A stretch of 64,000 bases of DNA, from positions 1 to 64,000 of the IMG/VR virus record IMGVR_UViG_3300020193_000004; one strand, given 5' to 3'. Below are positions 18,886 through 28,753 of this stretch, one piece after another. Numbering within the stretch: the first letter of the stretch is position 1; each line of letters starts with the position of its first letter. Below the pieces are notes generated by a model. It was not told the DNA's origin and ran no database searches. It worked only from the letters and a program-made list of their open reading frames with translations. The DNA comes from a virus. A program made the translations under genes and the position numbers.

Positions 18886-19140
18886 ATGTCCATTCAACGT
18901 GACGAGTTCATGACACATAAAGTAGGAGACGACCCTACGCTGACGCTGGCGCGCAACATCGTGCGCCTGCGCAAGGAGCGCGGGTGGAGGCAGGGCGATC
19001 TGGCCCGTGAGGCGAACATCTCCCAGGCCACGCTGTCCCGCATTGAGGGTGGGGTGAAAGATGCGCACGTGAGCACGCTGGTGCGACTCGCCAGAGCGCT
19101 CGATGTATCATGCGATGTTCTACTGACATCGCCAACGTGA
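18886..19140 (+). CDS. XRE/Cro-family HTH transcriptional regulator
   Basis: LRKERGWRQGDLAREANISQATLSRIEGG...LARALDVS. Confidence 0.9.
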   Translation: MSIQRDEFMTHKVGDDPTLTLARNIVRLRKERGWRQGDLAREANISQATLSRIEGGVKDAHVSTLVRLARALDVSCDVLLTSPT

Positions 19141-19201
19141 GGACGTTGCGCGTTTCGCAAAAGCGCGCTCGTTTAGGTCATAAGTAGAGTAGAGGTGAAG
19201 A

Positions 19202-19624
19202 ATGAAGTTCTACATGCAAGCCCTGACGGACCAATATGAACTCGATGACGGAGAGCGCGAAGCTGTGGCGGCCGCTGTGGCGGCGGCCCCCGTGAGGAGG
19301 GCGGGGTGGTGGCGAGCACCCGCAGATACGGCGCTCGCGAACATCCTCGCGGACCGCGAAGCCCGGCTGGAGGCGGACCGCGAAGCCCGCCGCGCGGCCC
19401 TGGAGGAGGCCCGGGAGGCGCGCAAGCGCGCCCCCATCTGGGGAATAAAAGAGGTGTTCGGCACCCACTCCTGGAGTGGGTGCCGGTTTGAGGCATCGGC
19501 GCAGGAGGGCCTTGGCACCCTCACGTATGAGGAGGCCGAGGCCGCAGTGCGAGAATACAACCTCTCGCACTCTCGAGAGATCAGGTGGAACAACCAGTGT
19601 CTACAGGAGTACATGAGCTGGTAA
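19202..19624 (+). CDS. hypothetical protein
   Basis: CATAAG 19179 plus GAGGTG RBS. Confidence 0.65.
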   Translation: MKFYMQALTDQYELDDGEREAVAAAVAAAPVRRAGWWRAPADTALANILADREARLEADREARRAALEEAREARKRAPIWGIKEVFGTHSWSGCRFEASAQEGLGTLTYEEAEAAVREYNLSHSREIRWNNQCLQEYMSW

Positions 19625-19782
19625 CAGTTCATGTACTGCGGAGCTGCTGGAGCGCGAGAGAACAAGCCTGAAAGGGCCTCTGTTCTTAAGACATAAGCGC
19701 ATTGAAGGTCGCAGATCGATAGCTGTAGTCGAGCTCTGAGCCGAAACACAGAAGCCGCGTACTACAACAACACCAGAGGCGC

Positions 19783-20184
19783 GTGATGAATCTCAATGAG
19801 AAGACCTACGTGGACCGCGTGTTCTATGTCTACGGCGGCCCGCGCGACCTGATGGCCACGCTGTTCCGCCAGGGAGACGGCCCTTGGGAATGCGAGTACC
19901 GCTTCCGGTACTACGTCGACACCCGCATGGACAACACCAGCAAGGACGAGAAGCGGTTCTTCAACGTGGTAGCGCAGGATAGCAGCATCGAGTCGCGTGA
20001 TAAGCTGCGTGCCGTGTTCAGCGAGCTAACTACCGACCTCGTCAAAGTGGGCTTCGGAGACCAGATGGACGAAGTGGTGATCGCGGGCGGGATCGACCGG
20101 TTCACGGAGGAGATGTCCAAGAGGCCTTGGTGCAACATGGTCAGGGTCGCTGCGCCCAGCGAAGACGGGTATGACGAGCACTGA
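19783..20184 (+). CDS. hypothetical protein
   Basis: CATAAG 19692, GAGG RBS, codon bias. Confidence 0.65.
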   Translation: MMNLNEKTYVDRVFYVYGGPRDLMATLFRQGDGPWECEYRFRYYVDTRMDNTSKDEKRFFNVVAQDSSIESRDKLRAVFSELTTDLVKVGFGDQMDEVVIAGGIDRFTEEMSKRPWCNMVRVAAPSEDGYDEH

Positions 20185-20452
20185 CATGAACCTGCATCTC
20201 GAGGAAGCAATAACTGAAGAACCCATTATGAACTTCGCAATCGCGCTGAAGAAGCTCTACGACTATCTGGTCAACCCCGAGTCGGACCTCGGTACCGTCA
20301 CGCGGGAGCGCTTGCTCATGCGCCTGGAGTCGGACGTGCACTACTACATCGAGGGCGAGAGTGAGCCTACGACGATGCACATCCTGAAGGAGATCCTCGA
20401 CAGCAGGGAGCCACGGGACACTCTCATTGAGTACGGATTCCTCGATGACTGA
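20171..20452 (+). CDS. hypothetical protein
   Basis: Operon packing, codon bias. Confidence 0.55.
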   Translation: MTSTDMNLHLEEAITEEPIMNFAIALKKLYDYLVNPESDLGTVTRERLLMRLESDVHYYIEGESEPTTMHILKEILDSREPRDTLIEYGFLDD

Positions 20453-20771
20453 CGAACCCGAGTTCAACCGCTTCGTACGGGTGATGGCCAAGTTCTCGAT
20501 CGCGGGCATGGTCGCCCACCTGTCCGGGGCGGTGACGCAGGCCATGAGCGACGAGCTCCTCTCGCGCCTGCTGCACGAGGAGAGGCTGCAAAAGGTGGTG
20601 GTTACGCCCAAAGGTTCGAGGGCGCTGCTCCGCCTGGCGGGGAAGGACGCATTCACTGCGGCGTGGAACATCGAGATCAAGAAGGCAGCAGAGGTGCTGC
20701 CTCCCGAGCACCGCGAAGGTGCCGTCGCCCACTTCACCGCGGCCGCCGCCTGGCGCCGCATCATGTACTGA
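20445..20771 (+). CDS. hypothetical protein
   Basis: Operon packing, codon bias. Confidence 0.55.
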   Translation: MTDEPEFNRFVRVMAKFSIAGMVAHLSGAVTQAMSDELLSRLLHEERLQKVVVTPKGSRALLRLAGKDAFTAAWNIEIKKAAEVLPPEHREGAVAHFTAAAAWRRIMY

Positions 20772-20935
20772 AGAGGTTCCACATGAACAAGAAGAGCGGG
20801 CCTGCCCGGGGTGGCGATGAACGAGATTGTCGATGTTTCGGGGCAGGGTGCCCTCCTTCTTGACTGGGTGCCCGCGGAGAATGGGAGTTTCTCCGGCGCC
20901 GTGGGTACCGACGGAGGGCTCGTGGAAGGTGCGGA

Positions 20936-21175
20936 CTACGAGGGCTCGTTGATGGTCCAGAGTTCGTCTTCGCTGAGCTGGGAGTTCCGGATGAGCTCGT
21001 TGTCGAGGAGCTTCCGTCGAAGTTTGGGCGTGACCCGGCGATGGCGGTTCAGGACCTGGGACCAGTACGCAGGGCTGATGTCCAGCTCGCCGGCGAAGCT
21101 CCGGTGGCTCCTGTGGAATCGGTCGAGCAGGTCACAGATCACTTCGGGCCGAAGGAGGAACTCGCGTTGAGGCAT
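20936..21175 (-). CDS. HTH DNA-binding protein
   Basis: SHRSFAGELDISPAYWSQVLNRHRRVT; AGGAG RBS. Confidence 0.7.
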   Translation of the reverse strand: MPQREFLLRPEVICDLLDRFHRSHRSFAGELDISPAYWSQVLNRHRRVTPKLRRKLLDNELIRNSQLSEDELWTINEPS

Positions 21176-21396
21176 GATAACTCCTGATTCCTTGATGTTG
21201 CGATGTGCAACACCTCCAGCATAGCGGGCCCCTGCGGATCTGTCGAGCGGTACGTAAGCATCGATCGCGACTTCGAGCTCTGCTACATGGGAGCCACCGA
21301 GTTCGAGTGAGATGCGCACGCGTCCTACCTCCAGGTAAGGCGCGTTGCTTAGCCTAAAATGTGCGTACTCCCGACATAAGTGCTGCGGAGGTCAAC

Positions 21397-21930
21397 ATGT
21401 CCAGTCCCATCGAGTTCGACTACGACGAGTACATCAAGACGAACAACGCGGAGCGTGACGCGCGCTGGCCGCACACTAAGGTCACCATCCCCGGGGAACG
21501 CCTGTGGGCGCGTCAGATCGGACCCACGCTCGTCATGCTCGACAACCGCCCCCTCGACAAGAACTACCGCTACTGTGACATCGTGAAGGTGGACGCTCGG
21601 GGCAATGTCCTCGAGGTGGTGAAGCGTACCTTCCCCGTGCACCTGGGCTTCCGCTGGGCCGCCGCCGAGGACGACACGGCAGACGTGGAGCTTCGACGCG
21701 TGTTGGCCGAACGTGTCAAGCTACTCGAGTCGCGCGCGGTCATCTCCTTCTTCTGGAAGGGGATGGGCTTCATCCTCCTGCGGGATGAAGCCGACGTGCC
21801 GGTGCTCCTGAAGGCCCTGACGGAGCCCGAGAGCTCGCTGACCGAGCTGGTGCACCTGACCACCGTCGACGTTGAGCAGGACGTGAAGCATCTCTACACC
21901 AAGAACAAGGAAGAGGAGGAAGGAGCGTGA
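21397..21930 (+). CDS. hypothetical protein
   Basis: CATAAG 21375 plus GGAGGT. Confidence 0.7.
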   Translation: MSSPIEFDYDEYIKTNNAERDARWPHTKVTIPGERLWARQIGPTLVMLDNRPLDKNYRYCDIVKVDARGNVLEVVKRTFPVHLGFRWAAAEDDTADVELRRVLAERVKLLESRAVISFFWKGMGFILLRDEADVPVLLKALTEPESSLTELVHLTTVDVEQDVKHLYTKNKEEEEGA

Positions 21931-22079
21931 TGTTCAGCATCGAGAAGTTGGTCGAGGGGAAGTGGGTACTCATACCGGGGCGGTACAGGCAGGAGCGCGA
22001 CGCCAAGAAGGCCCAGAAGGATCTGGCCGCCCGAGGCATAGAGACGCGCATCGTGCCTGCAACGCGGAGGGAGTGGTAG
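21930..22079 (+). CDS. 49-aa hypothetical protein (absent from ORF track)
   Basis: TGATG coupling, AGGAG RBS; followed by hairpin+TTAG. Confidence 0.55.
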   Translation: MFSIEKLVEGKWVLIPGRYRQERDAKKAQKDLAARGIETRIVPATRREW

Positions 22080-22146
22080 TGCCCTGGGGCACTGCCCCAT
22101 TAGCCAGGTATTTCCTGTCATAAAGACCAGTACCCGGAGGTGAAAC

Positions 22147-22665
22147 ATGGGTAGTGGACGTGAGGCGAGGAAGTCCGCGCGCAAGGCTCGCGCGGCGGGG
22201 GCGCGTCTTTACGTCATAAGCGTTATGCAACCTGGAGAAATCAACATGGGTGACTACTACTCCCTGCGCCTGACTGCAGGTCTCAACCCCGAAGGCGCCA
22301 GACGGGTACGCGAGCTTCACAACGCACGTGACTGGCACGTCGTGGACCCCATATACGCCGAGATGCACCGAGCTTCCTTCATCCCATACGGCGCGCTCTC
22401 CTACGAGCCCGATGGATGGGAACAGGCCAATAATCTCGCACCTGTACAGGGAGTCGAGACGTGGCACGTCTGCTGCTCCATCCCGCATCGGGCGCACAAG
22501 ACCCTGCAGTACTTCCTCGACCACGTACTGCCACCGCTGCTACTGCTGCCGGCGAGGTACGAGGTCTATAACGAGGTGCTCGACAGTACCGAGACCGGGT
22601 TTGTGATGCCAGACAGAGCGCGACTCCTGCTCCAGCCCGAAACTGAGGCAACCAAGACAGCATAA
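22147..22665 (+). CDS. hypothetical protein (alternative start at 22246)
   Basis: CATAAA 22119 + GGAGGTG; second CATAAG 22215 + GGAG precedes an in-frame ATG. Confidence 0.6.
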   Translation: MGSGREARKSARKARAAGARLYVISVMQPGEINMGDYYSLRLTAGLNPEGARRVRELHNARDWHVVDPIYAEMHRASFIPYGALSYEPDGWEQANNLAPVQGVETWHVCCSIPHRAHKTLQYFLDHVLPPLLLLPARYEVYNEVLDSTETGFVMPDRARLLLQPETEATKTA

Positions 22666-22682
22666 GGATGCTGGAGGTAAAG

Positions 22683-23024
22683 ATGAAAATGCTCTCATGG
22701 GCCCGCCAGCACTCGTGGTGGGCTGTTGTCGAAGCGCTGCTGGAACAGCCGCAGATGGGAACGCTGATGCACGTGCCTGAGCCCCTCCCCGAGGGGCTCA
22801 GCCGCCTGATCAATCGGAGAACGGGCTCCTTCGTGGAGTTCACCCACTGCCCCCGATCGATGCACATCCTCCTCTCGGCTGACGCCAAGGTAGTGGACGC
22901 GGTCATCGAAACGATGAAGCGTGCCGGGACGGAGAGAGGTCCGTACGACCACAGGCGCGACCCGACCGAGCTGCCAGGGTTCCGGGCCCGAGGGTTCGGT
23001 TCTGGTTCGGTGGGCGAGGCGTGA
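22683..23024 (+). CDS. hypothetical protein
   Basis: CATAAG 22661 plus GGAGGT. Confidence 0.6.
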   Translation: MKMLSWARQHSWWAVVEALLEQPQMGTLMHVPEPLPEGLSRLINRRTGSFVEFTHCPRSMHILLSADAKVVDAVIETMKRAGTERGPYDHRRDPTELPGFRARGFGSGSVGEA

Positions 23025-23092
23025 TCGCAGGGCGCAGGTCGAGAAACTCAACCTGGGCGGGCCGAACGGTCTGCTCCTTTCCTGGTGCTGAC

Positions 23093-23392
23093 ATGAAAGA
23101 CGACGACAATAGGCTGTACAGGACAATCGTGAAGGTGGAGGTACTCTCCCGCGGGCCATTGGTCTTCGTGGACCTCGCCGACCTCCACCATATGATCACC
23201 TACGATCACCTCTCCGGCGAGTACGAGACGGAGTCGAGCGAGGTGGTGAGCAGGGCGAGGATGCGAGAGCTCCTCTCAGCGCAGCGATCAGCCCCCGACT
23301 TCTTCGACGAGCTCGACCCCGAAGAGGGTGAGGAAGATGACGAGGACATGGGTGTGGACACTGAAGCTACCGAAGGGGACAGGGGGTTCTGA
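23093..23392 (+). CDS. acidic hypothetical protein
   Basis: Codon bias, coupled to downstream gene. Confidence 0.55.
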   Translation: MKDDDNRLYRTIVKVEVLSRGPLVFVDLADLHHMITYDHLSGEYETESSEVVSRARMRELLSAQRSAPDFFDELDPEEGEEDDEDMGVDTEATEGDRGF

Positions 23393-23745
23393 TGCCTGCG
23401 AAGAACCTTACGCTCGTCGAGGTGGAGTGGGACGACCTCGAGATGGAGAAGGACGGAGTCCGGATCGTATGGACCTACTGCGACGAGGGCATCAGCGGCG
23501 ACTACGGCCCAGAGGATAGCGAGGACGAGCCGCGCCTGCGCGCCGACATCACCGTACTACGTGATGAGCACGAGAGCGACGTCATGTCGTACTGCACGCT
23601 CGCCCCGGTGGCCACGTCTGAGGCAGAGCTGCGACGCATGCTCGACGACCTGGTCGGCGCGATCTACAGCGACCCCTTCAACGTGAAGACCGTGGTGGAG
23701 CGGTGGACGCACCGCACCCGCCCCAACGACCTCGGAGAACTGTGA
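23392..23745 (+). CDS. acidic hypothetical protein
   Basis: TGATG coupling. Confidence 0.6.
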   Translation: MPAKNLTLVEVEWDDLEMEKDGVRIVWTYCDEGISGDYGPEDSEDEPRLRADITVLRDEHESDVMSYCTLAPVATSEAELRRMLDDLVGAIYSDPFNVKTVVERWTHRTRPNDLGEL

Positions 23746-24098
23746 TGGCCAAGAAGATGATGCTGGAAGAGATCCTGGCGATGATGGACCCTGAGACGCG
23801 TCGAACGTTCGAGCGAACGCTGCGCCACTGGGTCGACCGCGACGACGGCATCGCCGTCTACGAGAACCAAGCGTTCGACAGCGCGAACCACGGGCACCGC
23901 AAGTTCGTGTCCTTCGGCTCGCACGCCGCCCAGCTGGAGGTGGATGAGCCGCCGGAGCGGCTGCCCGACATCGGCAACCAGATCAACTGGGCCTACATGC
24001 TCGTGGGCACCTACCGCCGCTGCTGCGAGCGCGGCAATGATGGGGACGGGGACTGCTACATCCACGTCCGTCGTGGAGAGACGAGGCGCGAGCGATGA
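23745..24098 (+). CDS. hypothetical protein
   Basis: TGATG coupling, GGAG RBS. Confidence 0.6.
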   Translation: MAKKMMLEEILAMMDPETRRTFERTLRHWVDRDDGIAVYENQAFDSANHGHRKFVSFGSHAAQLEVDEPPERLPDIGNQINWAYMLVGTYRRCCERGNDGDGDCYIHVRRGETRRER

Positions 24099-24490
24099 GT
24101 ACCTCGCTGAACAAGGTGTACCTGCTCGGCAACGCCGGGCAGGACGGCGAGTTGAAGATGACCAAGGGCGGGGTCGCCCTCGGCACGGTGAGCATCGCCA
24201 CGAACCGCTCCGTGCGCGAAGCCGGGGGCTGGGTGCAGGTCGCGGACTGGCACCGCATCAAGGCCTTCGGCGAGCTCGGTAAGCGTCTGGCGGCCGTGAG
24301 GAAGGGCGAGAGCGTCTTCGTGGAGGCCGAGCTCCAGTACTCGCGGTGGACGAACAAGGAGGGCGTCCTGTGCTACGGGACCGACCTCGTCGCCAGGGTC
24401 GTCGTCGTTCCTGGGCACGCCGCCAGTGCTCTAACCTTGCCCGATTACGAGCCCCGCGCAGAAGAGCCGCCTATTCCGGAGGAGCCATGA
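24095..24490 (+). CDS. ssb: single-stranded DNA-binding protein
   Basis: SLNKVYLLGNAG, SIATNR, DWHRIKAFG, KGESVFVE. Confidence 0.9.
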   Translation: MSTSLNKVYLLGNAGQDGELKMTKGGVALGTVSIATNRSVREAGGWVQVADWHRIKAFGELGKRLAAVRKGESVFVEAELQYSRWTNKEGVLCYGTDLVARVVVVPGHAASALTLPDYEPRAEEPPIPEEP

Positions 24491-24906
24491 GCAAGCTCAA
24501 CACCCCGCGCGAGATCCCATACGCCTTCCGCGTCGTCGAGGTCGACGAGGTCGTGTGGCTGTACGACGACAGTACGCGGTGGCACCTGTGTGAGGCAGCG
24601 AAATCCATCTGGATGGAGCCGCTCTACCACCAGATGCTCGGCGAAGGCGGGGATGAGTGCCCCAGGTGCAAGAACGGCACGCTCGAGGAGACCATGGACG
24701 AGGTGCGTTGCATGGGCGAGTGCGGAGCCATCAGCGCGAGTTGCGGAGCCGTACTGCCCGACGCGGCGTACTGGAGTGCGTCAGACATCGAGGCGAGGGA
24801 ATCCAAGGCCGTGCCCCTCGCCGAAGAGTACGTCGCCGTCGACGTGCCCGAGAAGGACGCATGGGACGCCGCGCGCGAAGAAGCGTGTGCGAACTGCCTG
24901 CTATGA
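24487..24906 (+). CDS. zinc-ribbon hypothetical protein
   Basis: CPRC...CMGEC; GGAGGAG RBS. Confidence 0.6.
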   Translation: MSKLNTPREIPYAFRVVEVDEVVWLYDDSTRWHLCEAAKSIWMEPLYHQMLGEGGDECPRCKNGTLEETMDEVRCMGECGAISASCGAVLPDAAYWSASDIEARESKAVPLAEEYVAVDVPEKDAWDAAREEACANCLL

Positions 24907-24964
24907 GTCGGCACCGCCTCCCCGACGGCAGCGTGGTCGTGTTCGGCAACGAGGAGTGCCACTA

Positions 24965-25492
24965 ATGCACATGACGGCCGATGAGACCTCCGAGCAGGAG
25001 AAGAACAGCAACTACCTGCTGGTGTCGTTCAAGCCCGACGCCATCCGCGAGCACTTTGAGGACTACCCGGAGCTGGGCGAGTTCGTCGAGGGCCTCACGG
25101 ACGACGAGCTTCTTGATGTTGGCACGGCTGCCGTAGAAAACGATCAGGTCTGGGCCACGTTCCACGAGGTGCTGGTCTTCGCGGTGGAGATCAAGAAGCG
25201 CATGAAGGAGATACTGAAGGCCGCGGAAAAAGCAGAGAAGGAGGAGCCCGCGGTTTCGCCAGCGCGTACCCTGCCCGACAGCCTGATCACCGTCGGGGAC
25301 GGGCCGTGGCACGTCGCCCTCCTCGGGGACGCCTGGTACCTCTACTGCCCCACGATGTCGCACAGCAGGAAGGGCTGGCGGAAGGTGGGGCCGACGCGGA
25401 ACAAGGGGCGCAACTACTTCGACCGCGCCGTGACCGAGGCCGAGAAGCGGAACGCGGAGCACGCGCGCAGGAGCGTGCCCTTCACCCTGTGA
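24965..25492 (+). CDS. hypothetical protein
   Basis: GAGGAG RBS, codon bias. Confidence 0.6.
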   Translation: MHMTADETSEQEKNSNYLLVSFKPDAIREHFEDYPELGEFVEGLTDDELLDVGTAAVENDQVWATFHEVLVFAVEIKKRMKEILKAAEKAEKEEPAVSPARTLPDSLITVGDGPWHVALLGDAWYLYCPTMSHSRKGWRKVGPTRNKGRNYFDRAVTEAEKRNAEHARRSVPFTL

Positions 25493-25839
25493 CCACGTCC
25501 CCTGGGTGGTGGGTGTACATCTTGCGGTGCAGCGACGGTAGGCTGTACGTCGGCACCTCCCCGGACCCAGAACGAAGGTTGCGCCAGCACAACGGTGAGA
25601 TCACGGGCGGTGCCCGTTTTACCCGCAAGCGCCGCCCCGTGGTGCTCGTCTACGCCCACTATGTCGGCGACAAGATCCTCGCCCTTCAGGTGGAGTGGCG
25701 GCTCAAACGCGCCCCCGCATCGTGGAAGCACGCCCTCATCCGAGGTGAGCATGAAGGACTACGTCCTGAAGATCGCCATTCCATTCCAATCGCCCGACGA
25801 TCCCGCCGCAAGAGAGCGCGTCGAGCACGCTCTCGCTGA
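25489..25839 (+). CDS. GIY-YIG nuclease (YhbQ/SLX1-like)
   Basis: WVYILRCSDGRLYVGTS...RRLRQHNG...GGARFT...ALQVEWRLK. Confidence 0.88.
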   Translation: MTTSPGWWVYILRCSDGRLYVGTSPDPERRLRQHNGEITGGARFTRKRRPVVLVYAHYVGDKILALQVEWRLKRAPASWKHALIRGEHEGLRPEDRHSIPIARRSRRKRARRARSR

Positions 25840-25939
25840 GATGTTCCGCAAGCCGGGCGTCGTGGCCGACATCGAGCTCCTCGAGATCTACTCCAACCAG
25901 CCGCCACGCCTCGTGCGGCTCACCAAGGTGCCCGAATGA
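25751..25939 (+). CDS. small hypothetical protein
   Basis: GAGGTG RBS; coupled to next gene. Confidence 0.5.
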   Translation: MKDYVLKIAIPFQSPDDPAARERVEHALAEMFRKPGVVADIELLEIYSNQPPRLVRLTKVPE

Positions 25940-26919
25940 ATCTGAACCTGACCATCGACGACCCCCAGGTCCTCCACTACCTGCAGCAGGCGGGCCCAGA
26001 CCGCGTCGAGGAGCGCGCGTATGCCGCGCTGCGCTGCGGGGTCATCGCCCTGGGCAGCGTGCGCGGCCAGGTGGACGCGGAAAAGATCCGCAACGAGGGG
26101 GAGCGCATCATCGAGGGTACGCAGGCGCTGCTGCAGGCCCACGCCGCGCAGGTGGAGCAGGCGACCTCCTCGGAGCTCGCACGCTATCTCGACCCGAAGA
26201 CCGGGGCGCTCGAGGCGAGCATCGCGAAGCTGCGCGAGGGCAGCGTCGCTCACATCGACATCCTCAATGGGGCGGTGATGGCCCAGGTCGGCAGCAGCGG
26301 GGTGATGGCGCAGACGCTGCTCCGCTACATCGGCGAGGGCAGCCCGCTGCTCCGTCTGCTCGACCCCGGGCAGGAGAACGGGCTGCGTGCGCGCATCGAG
26401 AAGATGCTCCAGGACGGCGTCGAGGCACAGCGCACTGCGGTGCTGGCCGAGTTCAGTCTCGACCGCAAGGACTCCGCCCTCTCGCGCCTGCTGCTGGAGC
26501 TGGAGACGAGCAACGTCCGCCTCACCGAGGAGCTCTCCCTCGACAAGGACGACTCCGCCCTCGCCCGCCTGGTGTCCCGCGTGGAGGCCGCTGCGGCGAA
26601 GAGCACGGCAGAGCTCACCCGCGACGGCATCGAGCGCCACATCGAGCGATTCGCCTCCGAGAACGGCGGTCTCACCTACGACGAGATGATGGCGCTGGCG
26701 GAGCGCGGCGACGCGGATCGAGATCGGCTGCTGGTCGTTGCTGAGGCCCTCGCTACCGACCGTCATCCGCGGTTGCGCCGCGTGTTTGTGGAGCGGGCCA
26801 CGGGCGCCCCGGTGGAGGAGGAGGAGGTCGGGCGCCTGCTGGAGCTGGCCGCCTCGGGCGATGAGGCAGGGCTGGAGCGCCTCGACGTGGTCTACCGGCC
26901 GGTGGAGGCCCGGCCATGA
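25936..26919 (+). CDS. coiled-coil protein with internal SLD-x-x-DSAL-x-RL repeat
   Basis: EFSLDRKDSALSRLL and ELSLDKDDSALARLV. Confidence 0.65.
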   Translation: MNLNLTIDDPQVLHYLQQAGPDRVEERAYAALRCGVIALGSVRGQVDAEKIRNEGERIIEGTQALLQAHAAQVEQATSSELARYLDPKTGALEASIAKLREGSVAHIDILNGAVMAQVGSSGVMAQTLLRYIGEGSPLLRLLDPGQENGLRARIEKMLQDGVEAQRTAVLAEFSLDRKDSALSRLLLELETSNVRLTEELSLDKDDSALARLVSRVEAAAAKSTAELTRDGIERHIERFASENGGLTYDEMMALAERGDADRDRLLVVAEALATDRHPRLRRVFVERATGAPVEEEEVGRLLELAASGDEAGLERLDVVYRPVEARP

Positions 26920-27134
26920 GCGCGGTTGGGGGCCGGGAGCAGCTCGACGGTCTCGGGGAGGGGTGCGATCTGCCGAATCCTCGACGCCAGCGCAGAGGCC
27001 ACCGAACTGGCGTCTGAGGTGCGGAACTTGTTGAAGTAAGAATCCTTCGAGGCCTGCTCTGCCAGCGCCATCAATCGTTCATAGTCGCAGCCGTGCTCCA
27101 GACATGCGTCAGTTCCTGAAGGCATACATCGCTC

Positions 27135-27614
27135 CTATTTCCCGCTCGGGAGTACGGGGACGATGCTGGGGGCATAACGCTCTGTGATGTACGAGAGCCC
27201 GAGCAGGTTGAGGATGACGAGCACCAAGCCGAGGAGCAGGAGCTGCAGAGGCTGCGAGCTCCAGACCCTGGTGAGCCAGGCGTCTTTACGCTCCTGCTCC
27301 TCGCGCTCCTTCTGCAGGCGCTCCGTGCGCTCGCGGTTCGCGCGCTCCTTGGTCTCCAAGCTCACCTGCTTCTCGAACGCCAGGCGGTCTTCCTCTGCCT
27401 TGGCGATTCGGGTCAGCGCGGCCGCGGATGCAGCTGCGGCGGCCGTGGCGTTATCGACACGCGGGTGAAGCTGATCGACCGTCTTCTCCACCGCTTGCAG
27501 GCGAGCCGCAAGTCGCTCGAGCGCCGTCGTCGTCTCGATCATCCACTCGGCCACCGGATCCATGGAGCCTTCTCTCGAAGCATCAGAAGAGGGTGTGGAA
27601 GGAGGTTCCGACAC
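27135..27614 (-). CDS. coiled-coil protein with C-terminal transmembrane helix
   Basis: AGGAG RBS; LQLLLLGLVLVILNLLGL. Confidence 0.65.
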   Translation of the reverse strand: MSEPPSTPSSDASREGSMDPVAEWMIETTTALERLAARLQAVEKTVDQLHPRVDNATAAAAASAAALTRIAKAEEDRLAFEKQVSLETKERANRERTERLQKEREEQERKDAWLTRVWSSQPLQLLLLGLVLVILNLLGLSYITERYAPSIVPVLPSGK

Positions 27615-27715
27615 GTGGGAGCTCCTATGAACAGCCTACCGTATACCGTCTCCAGAAGCACGATGCGATCTCTGTCATAAAGATGTAGTCCCCTCTATGG
27701 ACAAAGGAGGCTTCT

Positions 27716-27970
27716 ATGAACGAGCACGAGGAGTTCGAGTTCTCGCTGGGCGACCATGTGCGGGTCAGCGAGAGCCGGGATGGCAAGGACCCGGGTGGGG
27801 TCGGGATCATCACTGGTCGGGAGGTGAAGGAGGACAACAGGGGGTGGATGACCCTGTACAGGGTCAAGATCCCCGGGCACGCCCTGCAGGAGCAGGTCGC
27901 TCGAGAGAAGAAACGGGACGACAGCAGCGGCTTTTGGTACAAGTCGGACCTGGTCGGGTATGTGCGCTGA
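27716..27970 (+). CDS. small SH3/KOW-like hypothetical protein
   Basis: FSLGDHVRV...GVGIITG; AAGGAGG RBS; CATAAA 27676. Confidence 0.6.
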   Translation: MNEHEEFEFSLGDHVRVSESRDGKDPGGVGIITGREVKEDNRGWMTLYRVKIPGHALQEQVAREKKRDDSSGFWYKSDLVGYVR

Positions 27971-27973
27971 CCC

Positions 27974-28753
27974 ATGCGCGTCGTGACCTGGAACGTCAAC
28001 GGCGTGAGAGCGTGCATCCGAAAGGGGGCGCTTGCACGCATGGCAGATGCCCTCGAACCAGATGTCCTCTGCCTGCAGGAGACGCGGGCCGACCTCGACG
28101 GGCCCGCAGGAGACGCCCTGTGTGACGAGCTGGGGTTCCTGGAGGCGTTCTACTCCACGAATCCCAGCTCGGCCGGGTACTCGGGTACGGCGATCGTCGG
28201 CAACAGGCTGGCAACCGCGCCTCGGCGCGATGTCTGGCTCTACGAGAACGAGGGGCGAGTAGCTGGTGCCCTCGTTCGCGACACCTTCGTGTTGCTGTCG
28301 GTATATGCCCCGAACACTGGCAAGAACGAGAGGCTGCCCTACAAGGAGCAGTTCTTCGAGCGCCTCGGCGACGAGTGCGCATGGCTATGCCGGCAGGGGT
28401 ATAGCGTCGTGTTGGCCGGCGACTTCAATGCTGTGCAGAACGAGCTCGACGTGCACGACTGGAACGGTACCCTCGACGAGGCTGGGAACCGGTCAGAGGA
28501 GCGTGAGGCTCTTCGGGCGCTGCTACATCGGAGGGGTACGCACTTCGTCGACATCTGGAGGGAGTCCCACCCGGACACGCGCCAGTACACCTGGTGGGAC
28601 CAGCGTACGCGCGCACGCCAGCGCAATCGTGGTTGGCGCATCGACAGCTTCATCGTGGACGCTGCACTGAGAGATGCGAGCTGCACGATTCATGATGACA
28701 TCGAGGGTAGCGATCACTGCCCGGTTGTGCTGGACCTACCAGCAAAGAGGTGA
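27974..28753 (+). CDS. xth: exodeoxyribonuclease III / AP endonuclease
   Basis: TWNVNG, LCLQET, GYSGTA, YAPN, GDFN, YTWW, GWRID, SDHCP. Confidence 0.95.
   Translation: MRVVTWNVNGVRACIRKGALARMADALEPDVLCLQETRADLDGPAGDALCDELGFLEAFYSTNPSSAGYSGTAIVGNRLATAPRRDVWLYENEGRVAGALVRDTFVLLSVYAPNTGKNERLPYKEQFFERLGDECAWLCRQGYSVVLAGDFNAVQNELDVHDWNGTLDEAGNRSEEREALRALLHRRGTHFVDIWRESHPDTRQYTWWDQRTRARQRNRGWRIDSFIVDAALRDASCTIHDDIEGSDHCPVVLDLPAKR

Noticed and set aside
18886-19140. Prophage repressor / lysogeny module
   Set aside because: No integrase, att site or host flanking genes in the window; XRE and ParB alone do not establish lysogeny
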